This document shows positions 61,649 to 64,000 of a DNA stretch of 64,000 nucleotides, in pieces (positions within the stretch are counted from its first letter, which is position 1; every line of letters starts with the position of its first letter). Under the pieces are notes generated by a model that was given only the letters and a program-made list of their open reading frames with translations, had not been told where the DNA came from and searched no databases. A program made the position numbers and the translations under genes. Source of the stretch: Squalus acanthias (lineage: Eukaryota); contig CM059433.1 in the NCBI GenBank assembly GCA_030390025.1, positions 22,260,001 through 22,324,000 on the forward strand. The letters are read 5' to 3'.

Positions 61649-61975
61649 GGGCTAAAAATTCATCTCGGGCGGTGGCGAATAGCGGGCGGTATCGGATCGG
61701 CTGCCCATTATGCGCAGCGCCTGGTATTCCGTTCTATTGCAGTCAATGCAACTGAATATCAGACGCTGCGTATAACCGGCGGCTGATCCGATCCGGGAGT
61801 CAAGGGTCATGGTGAGCAGGCAGGTAAGTGGAGTTGAGGCCAAGATCAGATCAGCCATGATCTTATTGAATGGCGAAGCAGGCTCGAGGGGCCAAATGAC
61901 CAACTTCTGCTCCTACATCTTATGTTCTTATGTTCTGCCCGCTTTTCGCCACCGCCGAGACGAATTTCTAGGCCC
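61649..61975. mobile_element. Fully palindromic MITE containing an inserted CR1 3' tail (~61795-61935, +)
   Basis: GGGCTAAAAATTCATCTCGGGCGGTGGCGAATAGCGGGC / GCCCGCTTTTCGCCACCGCCGAGACGAATTTCTAGGCCC; central ATTGCAGTCAAT; flanks TTA/TCA. Confidence 0.78.
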
Positions 61976-62650
61976 TCATATCCTTCCTATAGTGTGGAGC
62001 CCCATACTGCACACAGTACTCTAACTGAGGTCTTATTAAAGTTTTATATTGATTCATCATTACTTCTTGGCTTTTACATGCTATACCTCTTGTGATAAAA
62101 CCTAGAATCCCATTTGCTCTTTTTACAGCCTTATCAATCTGAGATGCTGCCTTTAATGGTCTGTGAGCTTGTACTCCAAATCTCTCTCCTCTTCCACAGG
62201 ACTGAGCCACTTCTATTCTGAATATAATTACTGCTGTTCATTTTTTTACCAAAATATATCGCCTCACACTTTCATTGAATTCCATCTGTTACCTTTTAGC
62301 CTATTCCTCCATCTTATCAATATCCCTTTGCAGCTTCCTGTAGTCTTCGAAAGAATGAACTATACCTGCTATTTTAGTATCATCTATGAATTTTGACACT
62401 GTTCCCTCTAGGCCTATAACCAAATCATTGATATGCAAAGTGAACAGAAGTGGCCCAGAACTGGACCCTGAGGGATATCGCGACCTACTTCCAACCACTC
62501 TGCAAAATTGCCCTTAACTCCAACTCTCTGATTTCTCCCTTCTAACCAATTTTTAATCCAGTTTGCTATCATCACCCTCATTTCGTACCCCTTAATCCTC
62601 TCTAGTGGTCTCCCATGCGATACTTTGTCAAAGGCTTTTCGAAAGACAAT

Positions 62651-63544
62651 GGGGGGAAAATTCAGTATCGCCCTGTTTGGGGCGCAATTATCGGGTGGGT
62701 GCAAAGATTAGCGCCTGGCTCTAATTATCGCCTCCGACTGCAAACTTGACTTTTATCGCCCCAGGAGGTGATTGGAGCACTAAATCAGTCTCTACACATC
62801 TGTCTTAAGGCGCAAAGGCCGAGGAGCAAGGCGCTAACTCAGAGCGCTGGCGAAGCTCATGTGATGTCAGTCAGCAATGGAACACAGACACAATGGCCCC
62901 GGACAGTTCTTAAAGGGGAGGATTGATCTTGCTCTCCATCCACATCCTGGTCATTGCAGCCTTCAATCTCGGCCTGGAGAGACCTGTACATCAAATCTGC
63001 TGGAAAGAACAATGGAGAGTCCCAGGGAAGGATGCTCAGAGTGCAGCCCCCACAGTCTCTTCTAAATCGATACAAGGAAGGGCAAATCAAAACGAACCTG
63101 CAAAGTGCTGCTCAGTACCCAAAACTCCTTCACACAGCGTTGAATCTCTCCAGAAGTCTCTCTCTCTCTCTCTCAGAATGCGTGGTTCAAAAATGTCGCC
63201 AACAAAAAAAGGCAGGAAGCGGTCGCCTTTAAATAGCGCTCCCCCAGTCCCTTCCTGACTGCAAAACGCTCCCCTCAACCTGTCGTTGCTAACGGCAGGC
63301 GGTAAGGCAGGGGGCGCCACTCAATATCTGCTCCGGGGCGCTACCGGGGCGTTGCACACTCGACTGACATCACGATCTGCCAGCGCAGGAGATCGTGGTG
63401 GTACTGTTTAGCGCTGCCGCAAAATGTCTAGTCAATTTCACGAGCGGTGCAAACATCGCCGTGCCCGGGTGCTAGTTGCTTTGCGCCCCATTAGCACCCT
63501 CTTAAGGCGCTAACGGGAGGCGCAACCAACTGAATTTTTCCCCC
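62651..63544 (+). mobile_element. Family A MITE (more diverged)
   Basis: TIR GGGGGGAAAATTCAGT / ACTGAATTTTTCCCCC; flanks AAT/TAT. Confidence 0.9.
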
Positions 63545-63716
63545 TATGTATACTGCATCCACTGCATTTCCCCCATCTGCCATATCCATTACCTTCTCAA
63601 AGAATTCTATGAGGTTTGTCAAGCACAATCGTTCCTTCTGAAGTCCGCGCTGGCTACTTCTAACTATTTTCTCTTTATCTAGATATGTGGTAATTTCATC
63701 CTTAATTAGACACTTT

Positions 63717-64000
63717 GGGGGAAAAATTCAGTTGGTTGCGCCTCCCGTTAGCGCCTTAAGAGGGAGCTAATGGGGCGCAAAGCATCTAGCGCCCAGGCGT
63801 GGAGAAGTTTGCGCTGCTCGTGAAATTAACTAGACATTTTGCGGCGGCGCTAAACACTACCGCCACGATCTCCTGCGCCGGCAGATCATGACGTCACTCG
63901 AGTGCGCAACGCCCCGGTATCGCCCCAGAGCGGATATTGAGTGGCACCCCCTGCCTTACCACCTGACGCTAGCAACGACAGGTTGAGGGAAGCGTTCTGC
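63717..64000 (-). mobile_element. Family A MITE or related Harbinger, truncated by the window end
   Basis: GGGGGAAAAATTCAGTTGGTTGCGCC, near-identical to 31153 onward. Confidence 0.85.

Larger units (their letters stand above)
61160..63715 (-). mobile_element. Old CR1 fragment (RT to tail) hosting two MITEs
   Basis: [32 protein letters not shown] and FRKAFDKVSHG. Confidence 0.82.

Overview
Vertebrate genomic DNA, most likely from a shark or other cartilaginous fish. This is inferred from the repeat repertoire: CR1 LINEs with (TTCTTATG)n or (CTATGACT)n tails, a Deu-domain SINE, and Penelope-type short repeats. The window is almost entirely transposable elements and tandem repeat, and I cannot identify a host protein-coding gene. 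(1) Four large PIF/Harbinger DNA transposons each carry a 3-exon Myb/SANT (MSANTD/NAIF1-like) gene convergent with a HARBI1-like DDE transposase. One copy (25465-29844) has an intact transposase; another (15666-19666) has lost the catalytic core and kept only the Myb gene. (2) Five copies of an ~893-bp non-autonomous derivative, two with mosaic ends, plus a second ~750-bp MITE family built from hairpins whose arms covary. (3) Many CR1 LINEs, one near full length with an esterase ORF1 and a monomer-repeat 5' end. (4) An ~10.5-kb, ~350-unit 30-bp tandem array split by that CR1 and by a 1.65-kb solo LTR; it produces >2000-codon ORFs on both strands. (5) Penelope-type inserts carrying minimal hammerhead-ribozyme-like motifs. 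Insertions are deeply nested, which gives a relative chronology.
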